This document shows, one piece after another, positions 11,495-22,224 of a DNA stretch of 64,000 nt. A model generated the notes under the pieces. The model had not been told where the DNA came from. It ran no database searches and saw only the letters and a program-made list of their open reading frames with translations. The number at the start of each line of letters is the position of its first letter. The stretch's first letter is position 1. This DNA is from Rebecca billardiae RCC1528 (taxonomy: Eukaryota > Protista > Haptophyta): NCBI GenBank assembly GCA_965240325.2, contig OZ251242.1, forward strand, positions 186,001 through 250,000, written 5' to 3'. Both the position numbers and the translations under genes were made by a program.

Positions 11495-14247
11495 ATGGCG
11501 GAGGATCCCGAGCACGAGGCGCTCGCGCCGGGCTCGCTGCGCGCGAGCGCGCCCGCGTGGCAGCCGCGCGTGGACGCACCCGTATGGCACCCGCCCGCGC
11601 CGCCGCCGCCGCCGTACGGAACGCCGCCGCCGCCGCCGCCCGGCGGCTGGCCGCCGCCGCCGTTCGCGCCCGCGCCGCCGCCGCCGCCCGGCGCAATGCT
11701 CATGGCGCAGACGCTGGCGCACGGCATCGCGCCGGGTGGGCTGGCGCTGCAGCCGCCGCCGCCGCTGGGCGCGCCGCCGCCGCCGCACTACGCCGCGCCC
11801 TACTACGGCGGCGCGGGCTACGTCGGCGGCGGCGCGTACGCCGGCGCGGGCTACGCGCCCCACGGCTTTGCGCCGGGCTACGCGGGCGCGGTTGAGTACG
11901 CGCAGGAGGCGGGCGCGTACGAGGACGATGCCGACGACCCCGAGCTGTACGACGACGACGACGCCGAGCCGCCGCCGCCCGCGCGCGTCTGGCCGCGCGC
12001 GCGCGCGCCCTGCGGCGCGTTCCTCAACGGCACGTGCGATCTCGCGCGCCGAGATTGCGATCTGGTGCACGACGCGCTCGCCGCCGTGCAGCTGCGCACG
12101 GGCGTGACGGCGGCGGTGGACGCGTGCGAGGTCGCGCTGGGCCGCGCGCCGCCGCCGGAGCCCGCCGCCGCCGCCGCCGCGCCCGCCGACGCGGCGGCGC
12201 CCGCGGCGGACGCGGCCGGCGGCGGCGCGGCCGGCGGCGGCGCAGCCGGCGGCGCGCTGTGCGTGCTCGACGTGAGCAGCCGGCACTCGCGCGAGGCGGA
12301 GCGCGTGCTCAGCGTGCTCGGTCTGCCCGCCAGCGTGAGCGACGCCGAGCTCCTCGCCACGCTCGGCGCGTACGGCGCGCCGCCATCCCGACTCCTCTCG
12401 CGGCCGCACGCGTCGCACGCGCGTGTGCTGATGGCCGCGCGCGCGGACGCGGCCGCGGCCGCCGCCGACCTCGACGGCTCGGCGCTGGAGCGCTGGTGCC
12501 GCGAGCCGCCGCCGCCGCCGCCGCCGCCGCGCGCCGAGCCGAGCGGCGCGCCCGCCGCCGCCGACGCCGACGCGGACGTCACGGCCGTAACGGTCGCGGT
12601 GGGCGCGGCCGCGGCGGGCGCGGCCGCGCTCGCGAGCGCGAGCGGCGCTGTGGAGGTGGCGTGGGTGGCGCCGTCGCGGACGGTGATCGCGAACCTGTAC
12701 GCGACGAAGCGCGCGGTGGCCGAGCGCGTCGCGGCCGCGTGCGACGGCGTGCCCGTCACGCCCGGCGGCGCGCCGGTGCGCGCCACGTGCGAACCCTCAC
12801 CCACGATCCGCGGCGCGTTTGCAATTCAGCTGCACGGTGTTGCAGAGGCTGCGGGGCAGGAGGCGCTCGGCGCGTTCGTCGCGGAGGTGGGCGGGCGGAA
12901 GCCGGACGCGCTGCTGCTGCCGCCGCTGCCGTTCGACGAGGCCGACGCGCCGCGCCTCGTCCAGAAGGCGCTCCTCGCCTTCGGCCCGCTCGCGCGCTAT
13001 GACGCGCACGCCGCGCGGCGCGCGGCCGTCGCTGAGTTCGAGAGCGCGGCCGACGCACGCGCGGCGTGCGCGGCGCTCGGCGGCAAGCCGCTGGCGCAGC
13101 TGGGCGGGAGCAGCCTCGAGCTGCGCCGCGTGTGGGCGCGCAGCTACGTGCTCCCGCGCGAGGCGCACGCCGCCGTCGCCGGCCGCGTGCGCGACGCCCT
13201 CGCCGCGCTCGCCGCCGAGTCGCCGCCGGCGCGCGCCGACGCGGCTGCGCCAACGGCTGCGCTGCCGGGCGCGCCGCCGGACGCGTCGCGCCGCCCGCCG
13301 CCCGCCGTGGCGGAGCTGCTGGGCGGCGGCGGCGACGACGAGGACGAGGGCGCGGTGACGCTCTCGCTGCGCGCGTACACCGCCCTCGACGCGGCGCGCG
13401 CCGCGGCGCGCGTCGAGCCGCTCGCGCTCGGCGAGCCGCTGCCCTCTCTGTGGCACGGCCGATGGGCACATCCGGACGGCAGGCGCGCGCTCGCCGACGC
13501 GCGCGCGGCCGCGGCCGCCGCCGCTGCCGCCGCCGCCGAGGCCGGCGGGGCCGACGAGGGCGTGGCGTACGCGTGGTGCGACGCGCGGCGGCACGAGCTC
13601 CGGCTGTGGGCGCCCTCCGACGCCGCGGCCGCGCGCCTCCGCGCCGCGCTCGCCCACGCGCACGCGCGGCTGAGCGCCGCGCCTCACGCCGAGCTGCAGT
13701 TGAGCGAAGCTGAGTGTCGGGCGCTGCTGCGAGCTGGCGGCGGCGGCGGCGGCGGCGGCGGGCTGGCGCGCGCGCTCGGCGGCGTGCGCGCGGCGTGTGG
13801 CGCGCGCGCGGCGTACCTGCACCTCTCGAGCCGCGTCCTCTCCCTCGAGCCCCCCGGCGCGAACGGCGACGGCGGCGGCGACGACGTGGCCGACGCCGCC
13901 GACGCGCCGCCAGCGCTCGCCGCAGCGGCGCGCGCGCACCTTGCAGGCCTTGCTGCGAGCCGCGCCGGCGGCGGCGGCGGCGGCGGCGAGGCCGAGGCGG
14001 CGGGCGCGTGCACGCTGTGCGGCCGGCGCGCGGCGGGCGAGAAGGGCGGCGCCGCCAGCGTCGCCCTCGAGGGCTGCGGCCACCGCTACTGCACAGGCTG
14101 CTTCGGCAACTGGTTGGAAGCCGCGGCGACTTGGAGTGCGGACGGCGGCGCGGGCGCGGGCGGCGGCGGTGGCGCGGACGGCCTCGGCGCGCGCTGCCTG
14201 GCGGACGGCTGCGCCGCGCAGCTGGCCGCCGCCGACCTGCGCGCCGC

Positions 14248-14280
<33 letters not shown>

Positions 14281-14848
14281 CGGGCGCGGCGGCAAGGCCG
14301 GCTCGGCGCAGCTTGCCGCCCAGCTCGCGCGCGTCGCGAGTGCTGCCCTCACCGCGCACGCGCGCGCGCGGCGCGCGCGCGCCGAGCGCGGCGTGGCATT
14401 CTGTGTCTCGCCCGCGTGCGCCGGTCTGGCGGTGGCGCGCGCTGACGCGCGCGTCGCGCGCTGCTCGGCGTGCGACGCGTGGCAGTGCGTGCCGTGCGGA
14501 CGCGCGGAGCACACCGGAGTGACTTGCGCGCAGGCGGCGGCGCTCGCGGACGGCGGCGCCGCGCCCGACGCCCACCGCTGCTGCCCCTGCTGCGCGCACC
14601 CGCTCGCAGACCGTGAGCCTGGCTGCGCGGTGCTGCGCTGCGCAGAGTGCGGCGCGCATGCGTGCGGCTGGTGTGGCGACGGCGGCGGCGGCGGCGACGA
14701 CGCCGCGATGCACGGCCACGCGTGCGGCTGCGCCGCGCGGCCGCGAGCCGCGCGCAGCGCGTGCGCGTGCACGGCCGCGCAGCTCGACGCGGCCCTGGGC
14801 GGAGCGGGCGGCGTCGCGCGGCGTTCGCCCCAGCCGACGTCCGAGTAG
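11495..14848 (+). CDS. RBR (RING1-IBR-RING2) E3 ubiquitin ligase with N-terminal Pro-rich region, CCCH finger and RRM-like domains
   Basis: CGAFLNGTCDLARRDCDLVH (CCCH); LSVLGLPASVSDAELL (RRM); CTLC..GCGHRYCTGC..CLADGC (RING1); FCVSPAC..CSAC..CVPC..H..TC (IBR); CPCC..EPGC..C..CGAHACGWC (RING2). Confidence 0.82.
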
Positions 14849-15241
14849 GGCGGGCGGTGGCGGCAGCTGCGGTCTCCGCCACCGGGCTCGTCGTCCTTCT
14901 CAGCTGAGACGACTGAGCTCGCGGCGCTGTGCTTCCGCGGGCGTGGCATCGTCAACGACAATAACAGCTCGTCGCACGCATTTCGTGCGTCACTACTGTC
15001 AGCTGCAGCATCGCCATCGTCAACGGTGCATCATCCGCGCACTACTGCTGCTTGCCGCGCGAGCCCGACGATCAACAAATAAGCAGGCGCCGCGTCGAAT
15101 AAAGTTCATCCGCGTACTGCTACTGCGTACTGCTATAATGACGACGCCGACCGCGCCGTGCGTGCGCGCGGTCCGTCCGGTCGCGCCGAGCTCACGACGA
15201 GCCACCGCCGCACACGGGCCCAGGCCGGCCGGGCGCGCCCC

Positions 15242-15244
15242 TCA

Positions 15245-15281
<37 letters not shown>

Positions 15282-16961
15282 TCCGCGCCCGCGCCGTCCG
15301 CGCACGCGCCGAGGGCCGCCGTGTCGAATTCAAACTCGTTCGCCTCTGCGCCCCTCGGCGGCAGCAGCTCGCGCGCGCCCGCGGCGAGGACCTCGTCGAA
15401 GCGCGCCTCAACGTTCTCGAGGTACGCGCTCCGCTCGATCGTCTCGTCCACCGCGGCGTGCAGCGCGGCGCGCAGCCGCCCCACCCACGCGGCGCGCGGC
15501 TCACCGCCCGCGCGCACCGAGCGTCTCTCCTCGACCGATCGCTCGGCGCGCGCCGACACCGTCTGCGCGAGCGCGCGGAGCAAGAAGTCGTGCGCGGGGA
15601 TGCCGGGCGCGTCGCGCGCGCCAAGGACCCAAGGAAGATGGAACGCGTCGGTCGCGACGGCGAGCGTGAGGTGCAGCGACGGGGCTGCCGCCTCCGCCGC
15701 CTCCGCCGCCTCGCCCTCGGCGCACGCCGGCTGCTCGGCGGCGCCGCGCCGCGCTGCGCTGGCCGCCGCACCCGCCGCACCCACCGCCGTCGCCGCCGCA
15801 CCCGCCGCCGCACCCGCCGCCGCACCCGCCGCCGTCGCCGCCGCACCCGCCGCGCCCGTCGCCGCGGTGGACGTGAGGTGCACGGCGCCGCGCGGCACGT
15901 AGAGGAGGTCGCCCGGGCGCAGGACGACGTCGGTGTGCGGCGGCCCGAGCGCCGCGACGTCGAGCTTCGCGTCCGCCCGCGTGCCGAACGAGTGCCGCGG
16001 CTCCTGCAGCGGCAGCATCATCGGCGCGTGCAGCCACAGCCGCCACCGCTTCCGCCCGCCCAGCTGCGCAATGAAAAAATCGTGCTGGTCGTTGTGCGCG
16101 TCGATGCCGACCTCGAGGCCAGGCGGCGCGAGGTACGCGTTGACGTTGACGCGCCGGCCGAGCGAGGCCGAGAGCGCGCGGCACAGCGCGCGCACCGACC
16201 CCGCCTCCGCCCACTTCTGCACAGAGTTGAAGACGGCCGTCAGCCCCTCGCCCAGCGCGCGGCGCACGTGCGCGCCGGTCGCCGCGGCCGGCGGCGCCGG
16301 CAGCCATGCTGGCGACGCCGGCCGATAGAAGGCGCCGTCGAGGACGCGGAACTCGCGCCGGCTGCCGGCGCTCGAGGCGGGCGCGGACGACTCGCCGTCC
16401 TTGCCCGTGTGCGTCGAGAGGCCCGTCGCGCTGAACTCGGTGCGCTCGTCGAGCAAGTGCGCCACCGTCATCCGGCGCGCGCCGGCGCGGCCGCGGCTTG
16501 CGGCGCGCCCGCCGCCTTCGCCGCCACCGCCGCCTTCGCCGCCGCCCGCCGGCTCGACGGCGTCGACGAAGAAGCCGTCGGTCCGGATGAGCGCGGGCGC
16601 GCGCTCCCACCAGCGCGCCGCGAAGCCCTCCGACGCGAGCCAGCCCAAGACGCAGCCGGGGCCCGCGCCGTCGGGCAGCGGCGCAAGCGGCGCCGGCGGC
16701 GCGTCGGCCGCGGCCTCGGCGGCCGAGCCGTTGGCCACACTGCCAGAGCGCCGCGCCGCCACCGCCACGGCCTCCGGCGGCTCCGGCGGCGTGGCGGCGG
16801 TTGGCGCGGCGGCGGCGAGCGCCGCCTCCGCGCGCGCCACGTCCGACTCCGCCAGCGCGCGCAGCTCGGCGTACCGCGCGTCGAGCAGCAGCCGCGCCGC
16901 CTCCCGCGCCTCCCAACTCGCCTCCGCCTCCTTGCGCGCCGTGTCATCCGTCCAACGCGCG

Positions 16962-16992
<31 letters not shown>

Positions 16993-18175
16993 TGCCGCCG
17001 CCGCCGCCGCCCTGCTTGCGGCGCTCGCCCTTGGAGTAGACGGCGCCGACGTCGAGCATGCGCGCGCGCTCGCCCTCCGCGCCGCCGAGCAGCGCCGCCC
17101 CGAAGTGCGCCTCGACGAGCGCGGGCATCGAAGCCGGCAGCTGTGAATAGTCAACGACCGCACCCGCGCCCGCGGCCGCGGCGGCAGTGTGGCCGGCGCG
17201 CGCCGCGCGCTCGGCCGCGCGCGCGCGCAGCGCGCCGTCGCAGAGCGCGGCGACGTGCGCGGCGCAGTACGCCTCGTCCGCGAGCAGCGAGAGCCGCCGC
17301 GCCGCGCCCGCCGCCGCCGCCCCCTTCTCCTCGCCGCCGTACATCGCTCGCAGCGCCGAGCGCACCGGAGGGATCGGGTCCTCACGCCCGCGCAGGCACG
17401 GGGTGACCCAGCCGGGCGGCAGGCCCGCCATCCCGACCGTGCGGAGCTGCGAGACGAGGCTGGGCACGGGCGCGCGCGCGACGAAGAGCCAGGGCGTGCG
17501 CGGGAACACGCGCGACACGAGCACGTCCAGCCGCGCCGAGAGCACGCTCTGCATTTTGACGAAGCACGCGGCGGGCGCGCGCGCGGCCGTGCCGAGCTTG
17601 AGGTACGGCCCGCCGGTGTCGACGGTGAGCGTCGAGCAGAGGAGCGTGCCCACGTCGCGCGCGAGGGTGAGCAGCGCGGGCGGGCACGCGCGCTCGTCGT
17701 CCGGCTCGCGCACGCACGGCCTGAGCACCTCGGCCAGCGGCTCGGGCTCGCTGAGCACGCGGAAGCGGTTGACGCTCGCGAGCATGTTGGCGACCGCGGT
17801 CGACGCGGTGCGCGCCGGGTGGAAGACGAGGCCGTGCGGCCCGGCGTGCCGGCGCGCGTCGGCGGGGCCGAGCGCGTCGAGCGCGATGTCGAGGGGCAGG
17901 CTCGCCTGCCGCCCGTCCGCCTCGCACCGCGAGTGGCGCACGAGGTCGGAGAAGAAGGAGAGAGCCGGCGGGTCGGCCGCGTGCGCGTCAAAGTCGAGCG
18001 GGCAGAGCGTGACGAAGAGCGCGGCGCGCGGCGCGGCGTGGAGCGCGGAGCCGTCGGCGGCGTGCACGCGCACGGGCACCCACGCCGCCGGCGGCGGAGA
18101 CGCCGGCGCTGCCGCCGGCTCCGCCGCCGCCGTCGCGAGCGCCACGCCGAGCGGGAGGGCGAGCGCCGCCGGCAT
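15242..18175 (-). CDS. Predicted secretory-pathway fusion: sulfotransferase-like P-loop domain + JmjC/cupin_4 (NO66/YcfD-like) 2-oxoglutarate oxygenase
   Basis: Hydrophobic N-terminus MPAALALPLGVALATAAA; GLVFHPARTASTAVANML, VLSEP and PWLFVARAP..LVSQ (PAPS-binding-like motifs); NAYLAPPG..IDAHNDQHDFFIAQLGGRKRW and LRPGDLLYVPRGAVH (HxD...H). The ORF-track start at 19756 is an antisense extension. Confidence 0.78.
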
Positions 18176-18301
18176 CCTTCGCGATCCGGACGACGCACGG
18201 GCCGGACAAAGCAACCGACGACGACACCGGGCAGAAGCCCAGGAAGGCATCCGCCGCGTTATTGCATGATGACCAGGTGGCACGGCACCACCACAAGGGC
18301 G

Positions 18302-19786
18302 ATGGCCGCGGCACGGGCGCGCGCGACGGGCCAGACGCTCTGCGACCTGCCGGCCGAGCTGATCGAGCGCATCGTCGCGCTGCTGCCCGCCGTCGACCTC
18401 GCCCGCCTGAGCGCCGTCTCGCGCTTCTTCCGCAGCGCGCAGCTGATCGAGCACTTGCTGCGCGAGCGCGCGCGCGCGCGCGGGCACGCGCGCGCGATGC
18501 CGGACGCGCTGCCGCCGGATGCGCGCACCTGGCTGGAGGAGCTCCTGCTTCGCGAGCGCGTGCACGAGCTGGCGGGCGCGCACGCCGCCGTCGTCGCCGC
18601 CGTCGACGCGCAGCTGGTGACGAAGAGTGCAATCGTCGGCGCCGACGGCGCGCTGCTCACGTGCGGCGAGGAGGCGGTGCTGGACGAGGAGGGCAACCCG
18701 ACGGGCGAGTTCCGCTCGCCGGCGGCGATCGACCAGCCGTCGGCGCCGCGCGCGCTCGTGCCCACGCGCGCGCCCTCGCTCGGCGCGGTGCGCGTCGTCT
18801 CGGTCGCGGCGGGCGTCGACCACCTGCTGGCGCTGAGCGAAAGCGGCGCCGTGTTCGCGTGCGGCGTCAACGCGCAAGGGCAGCTGGGGCGGGGGCACCG
18901 GCTCGAGTGCGACCGGTTCGTGCCCGTGGTGCTGCTCGGCCCGGAGCACGCGCACTCCGGGCCCGTCGTGTGCATCGCCGCCGGCTCGCGCCACAGCCTC
19001 GCGCTCAGCGCTGGCGGCTGTGTGTACAGCTGGGGCTGGAATTGGTATGGCCAGCTCGGCCACGGCGACACGAAGGAGCGGTGGGTGCCGACGCGCGTCG
19101 AGGCGCTCGAGGGCGTGCGCGTGGGCGGTATTGCCGCGGGGAGCGCGCACACGCTGCTCCTCTCCGCGAGCGGCGCCGTCTACTCGTGCGGCCACAGCCA
19201 CTACGGCCAGCTCGGCCACGGCGACCAGCAGCACAGGCGCACGCCGAGGCGGGTCGGCATGCCCGCGGGCGTGCGCGCGGTGCACGTGAGCGCGGGCGCC
19301 GAGCACAGCCTGGTGGTGAGCAGCGCGGGCGACGTGTACTCGTTCGGCCGCGGCGAGCACGGCCGCCTCGGCTACAGCGTCCACCTCGCGCAGAACATCT
19401 CGGCGCACGCGCCCAAGCGCGTGCTCAGGCTCGCGGGCATGCACGCCGTGCGCGCGAGCGCGGGCGCGGTCGGCAGCGCGGTGCTGGGCGCGGACGGCAG
19501 CGTGCACGCGTTCGGGCACAACGGCGCGCTGCAGCTCGGGCTGGGGAGGGCGCACAAGTACGTGCGCCACCCGGAGCGCGTGTGCGCCTTCGGCGCCCGG
19601 CGCGTCGTCGGCTGCGCGCTCGGCCGCCACCACGCGCTCTTCGTGACGGCCGACGGCGGCGTGCACGCGTGCGGCGCGCGCACGGCCGCGCTCGGCCTTG
19701 GCGAGACCGCCGCCGTCGCCGGGCTCCCCGCGCGCGGCCCTGAGCGCATCGCGCACTGCCCGCTCGCGCGCGCGCCGGCCGACTAG
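18302..19786 (+). CDS. F-box + RCC1-repeat (beta-propeller) protein
   Basis: LCDLPAELIERIVALLPAVDLARLSAVSRFF (F-box); repeated VAAG..H.LAL..G.V.s.G...GQLG.G RCC1 units. Confidence 0.88.
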   Translation: MAAARARATGQTLCDLPAELIERIVALLPAVDLARLSAVSRFFRSAQLIEHLLRERARARGHARAMPDALPPDARTWLEELLLRERVHELAGAHAAVVAAVDAQLVTKSAIVGADGALLTCGEEAVLDEEGNPTGEFRSPAAIDQPSAPRALVPTRAPSLGAVRVVSVAAGVDHLLALSESGAVFACGVNAQGQLGRGHRLECDRFVPVVLLGPEHAHSGPVVCIAAGSRHSLALSAGGCVYSWGWNWYGQLGHGDTKERWVPTRVEALEGVRVGGIAAGSAHTLLLSASGAVYSCGHSHYGQLGHGDQQHRRTPRRVGMPAGVRAVHVSAGAEHSLVVSSAGDVYSFGRGEHGRLGYSVHLAQNISAHAPKRVLRLAGMHAVRASAGAVGSAVLGADGSVHAFGHNGALQLGLGRAHKYVRHPERVCAFGARRVVGCALGRHHALFVTADGGVHACGARTAALGLGETAAVAGLPARGPERIAHCPLARAPAD

Positions 19787-19941
19787 CGGCTAGACTTCGT
19801 CCAGTGGCAACTGACACTTGAATAATCGAAAAGACACAACTGCTGCCAGTTTGCATCGTGCATGCTCCGCAGCCGGACGACCACGACTGCTCCGCGAAGC
19901 GTCGCGGCCGCCCGCCATCACTCAGCCCTCTCACGCCCGCC

Positions 19942-20527
19942 ATGCCGAACGCCGCCAAGCTCGTCGCGCCGCAGACGCTCACGTGCGCGATGGGATGATT
20001 CTGGGTGCGCGCCGCGCCTCGCCCGCGCCCGTCGCGCGCGCGCCCTTCATTCCCACGCCCTCCCGCCGCTCGGCCCGCCCACCCGCGCCGGCCGCGCCGG
20101 CCGCCCGCCGCGCCATCAGGGCCCCCAGGAGCTGTTCGATCGCGTGGCCGGCGTGCTGAGCACGCGCGTGGGCTACACGGGCGGCTCGAACCCGGCGCCA
20201 ACGTACCACTCGGTGTGCAAGGGCGACGGGCACTACGAGGCGATCCGCGTCGAGTTCGACCCCGCCGTCATCTCGTACTCTCAGCTGCTGCAGTCCACGT
20301 TCCTCAGCCGGGGCCACGCGCCCAAGGCGAAGCGCCAGTACGCGTCCGCCGTCTTCGTGCACGACGAGGCGCAGAAGAGCGCGGCGGTGCGCGCGCTGAA
20401 GGCGGCCGGGATGGAGCACGCCGTCACCGTCACCGACGCCACCGAGTGGCACGACGCGGAGGAGTACCACCAGAAGTATTATGCGCGCGCGGCCGGCGGG
20501 CTCGCGTGCCCGCGCCCGCGCCACTGA
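19942..20527 (+). CDS. msrA: Peptide methionine-S-sulfoxide reductase A, selenocysteine-containing (Sec at TGA 19996-19998)
   Basis: Exon 1 19942-20004 MPNAAKLVAPQTLTCAMG-U-FW, intron 20005-20119 (GT..CAG), exon 2 GPQELF..RVGYTGG..TYHSVC..GHYEA..AEEYHQKYY. TGA occupies the catalytic position of GCFWG, and there is a SECIS downstream. 156 aa. Confidence 0.93.
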
Positions 20528-20564
20528 CGAGCGGGCGCGCTGCGCGCGACACGCTGCGGCCGCG

Positions 20565-20656
20565 GCGGAGCAGAGATGACGCGCCATGCCGAACACGGTA
20601 CGTCACCCGCCTCGGCGGGCGACCGTAGGCATCGTGCTGAGACCCGACTGCTCCGC
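20565..20656 (+). promoter_or_regulatory. SECIS element (type II-like) in msrA 3'UTR
   Basis: Helix I gcggagcag/ctgctccgc; core ATGAC (20576)/TGAG (20638); helix II gcgccatgcc/ggcatcgtgc; unpaired GAAC; apical ministem acggt/accgt. Confidence 0.88.
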
Positions 20657-21195
20657 GCGCCGCGCCGACGTGTCGTCGTGCTGCCTAGTGCCTGACGTCG
20701 TCGTTTACTTGAGTGATGATCGCCTAGGGCTGGTCGGGCAGCAGACTGGCGGCGGCCGGCGCTGCTCGCCTGCTGCTGTCTGTCGCGCAGCAGACTGGCC
20801 CCCGCGGCCGTGCTGAGGCGAGTCATCAGTTCGATGCTGACGATGATTGAACAGCAGCAATTGATTCAGTCATGTCATCCGAGTGACGCTGTGACGGCAA
20901 CGGTGGCACTCACGGATGTCGTCGAAGAGTCTCAGCATATTATGCGCTATATATAGATATATTGCAGACGATGACCGTAGTTGTATGACAGTGTCATCAT
21001 CAATGTTGCCACCGGCACAGCGACACTGCGACACCGACCGCGCCGCTCGGCGCGTCAGCGCGCCGCTCGGCGCGTCAGCGCCATGCCCATGGCCCGCAGC
21101 CACTGCCAGCGCCGCGCCGCGCAGCACTCGTCGAGTCGTCGCGGGCTCACCGACGCGCGCGCCGCACCCACGGCGGGCGGCGGCGGCGCGCGCGG

Positions 21196-21537
21196 TCATG
21201 TCTGCCCCTTGCACACCGTCGAGTCCACGCGGTTTGGGCTCGCGCACGGCATGAGCCCATAGTCGCCGTTGCCAAAGGCCTCAACGAGCGGCACCTGGTG
21301 CCCCATCGTCTGCACGAAGGCGGAGGCGCCCGTGAAGGCGTTCGAGTCGAGGAACTTGGGGATGTACCCGACCCGGTCGGTGTGCCGCCAGTCGAACCCC
21401 GCGTCCACGCCGTAGTCGACGCCGAGCGACACGCCCTGCTCGGGATTGCCCCACAGGTAGTATGTGTCGGCAAAGATCGGGTCCTCAGGCATCTGCTCCT
21501 GGTAGGGCGTGCCGCCGTGCGCGCCCACGCCGGGCAT
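21196..21537 (-). CDS. Small hypothetical protein (113 aa), divergent from HSP70
   Basis: ATG-TGA ORF with GC3-biased codons and a normal, non-low-complexity composition (MPGVGAHGG...STVCKGQT). Confidence 0.65.
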   Translation of the reverse strand: MPGVGAHGGTPYQEQMPEDPIFADTYYLWGNPEQGVSLGVDYGVDAGFDWRHTDRVGYIPKFLDSNAFTGASAFVQTMGHQVPLVEAFGNGDYGLMPCASPNRVDSTVCKGQT

Positions 21538-21746
21538 GACGGCGGGGCGCGGCGGCGGCGGGAGCCACGGCCCGAGGCGGCGTCGGCGCGCGGCCGGGCG
21601 CGAGCGTCGGCGAGCGGCACCCGCACTGGGTGCTGGTGCGCCGTCCTCGTCTCGGTTTGCTTGCTTGCTTCTCAACAATGGCGGCGCCGCGTTTGCGCCC
21701 GGACGAGCTTGGAGAGCTTCAACCCGGACGCCGAGACTGGTCGGCG

Positions 21747-21765
21747 AGAAGATTCGCAAGATTCC
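21747..21765. promoter_or_regulatory. Possible heat-shock element upstream of HSP70
   Basis: aGAAgaTTCg followed by an imperfect caagaTTCc, upstream of a likely 5'UTR intron (21923-22173, GTGCGC..CAG). Confidence 0.35.
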
Positions 21766-22224
21766 GGGTCCAGGCGGTACAACGGCGGCCCCGCGAGTGC
21801 GCAGCGAGGCGCGACGCGCGCCAACGGCTCCGGACCGGGAACGCGCGTCTTGGCTGCGCGTCTCGACCGCTCGAGCGGCGGAAGGGCACGCGGCGCCACC
21901 ACAAGCGAGCGCGTTGCTGAAGGTGCGCGCGGGATCAACTGCCGCGCCCGCCTCGCCGCGCGCGGCGGCGGGGCGGTGCGCGCGCGCGCGGGGGCGGTGC
22001 GTCGGGCGGGGGCGGGCGGCACGTGTGCACGGGACGCGCCGTGCCCGCCGCGCCCGCGCCGCGCGCCGCTCGCGCCGCCCTGTGCGCGCGCCCGCGCATG
22101 CGCAGCCGCGCATCCGCCGCCGCTCACGCGCCGCCGCCGCGCGCGCGCGCCCGCCCCGCCCGCCCGCCCGCAGCCGGCACCGCGTTCTTCCCCGCGCCAC
22201 CACACTCGCACTCCACCAGCCACC

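Noticed and set aside
18176-19756. N-terminal 527 codons of the 1504-aa minus ORF, and similarly 17189-18301 of the 865-aa plus ORF
   Set aside because: Each is the antisense shadow of the neighbouring real gene; the true starts are 18175 and 18302.
18302-19786. RCC1 protein as a UVR8 UV-B photoreceptor
   Set aside because: Lacks the repeated GWRHT motifs and has an F-box.
19996-19998. msrA as a pseudogene because of the in-frame TGA
   Set aside because: The TGA is exactly at the catalytic residue and a SECIS follows.
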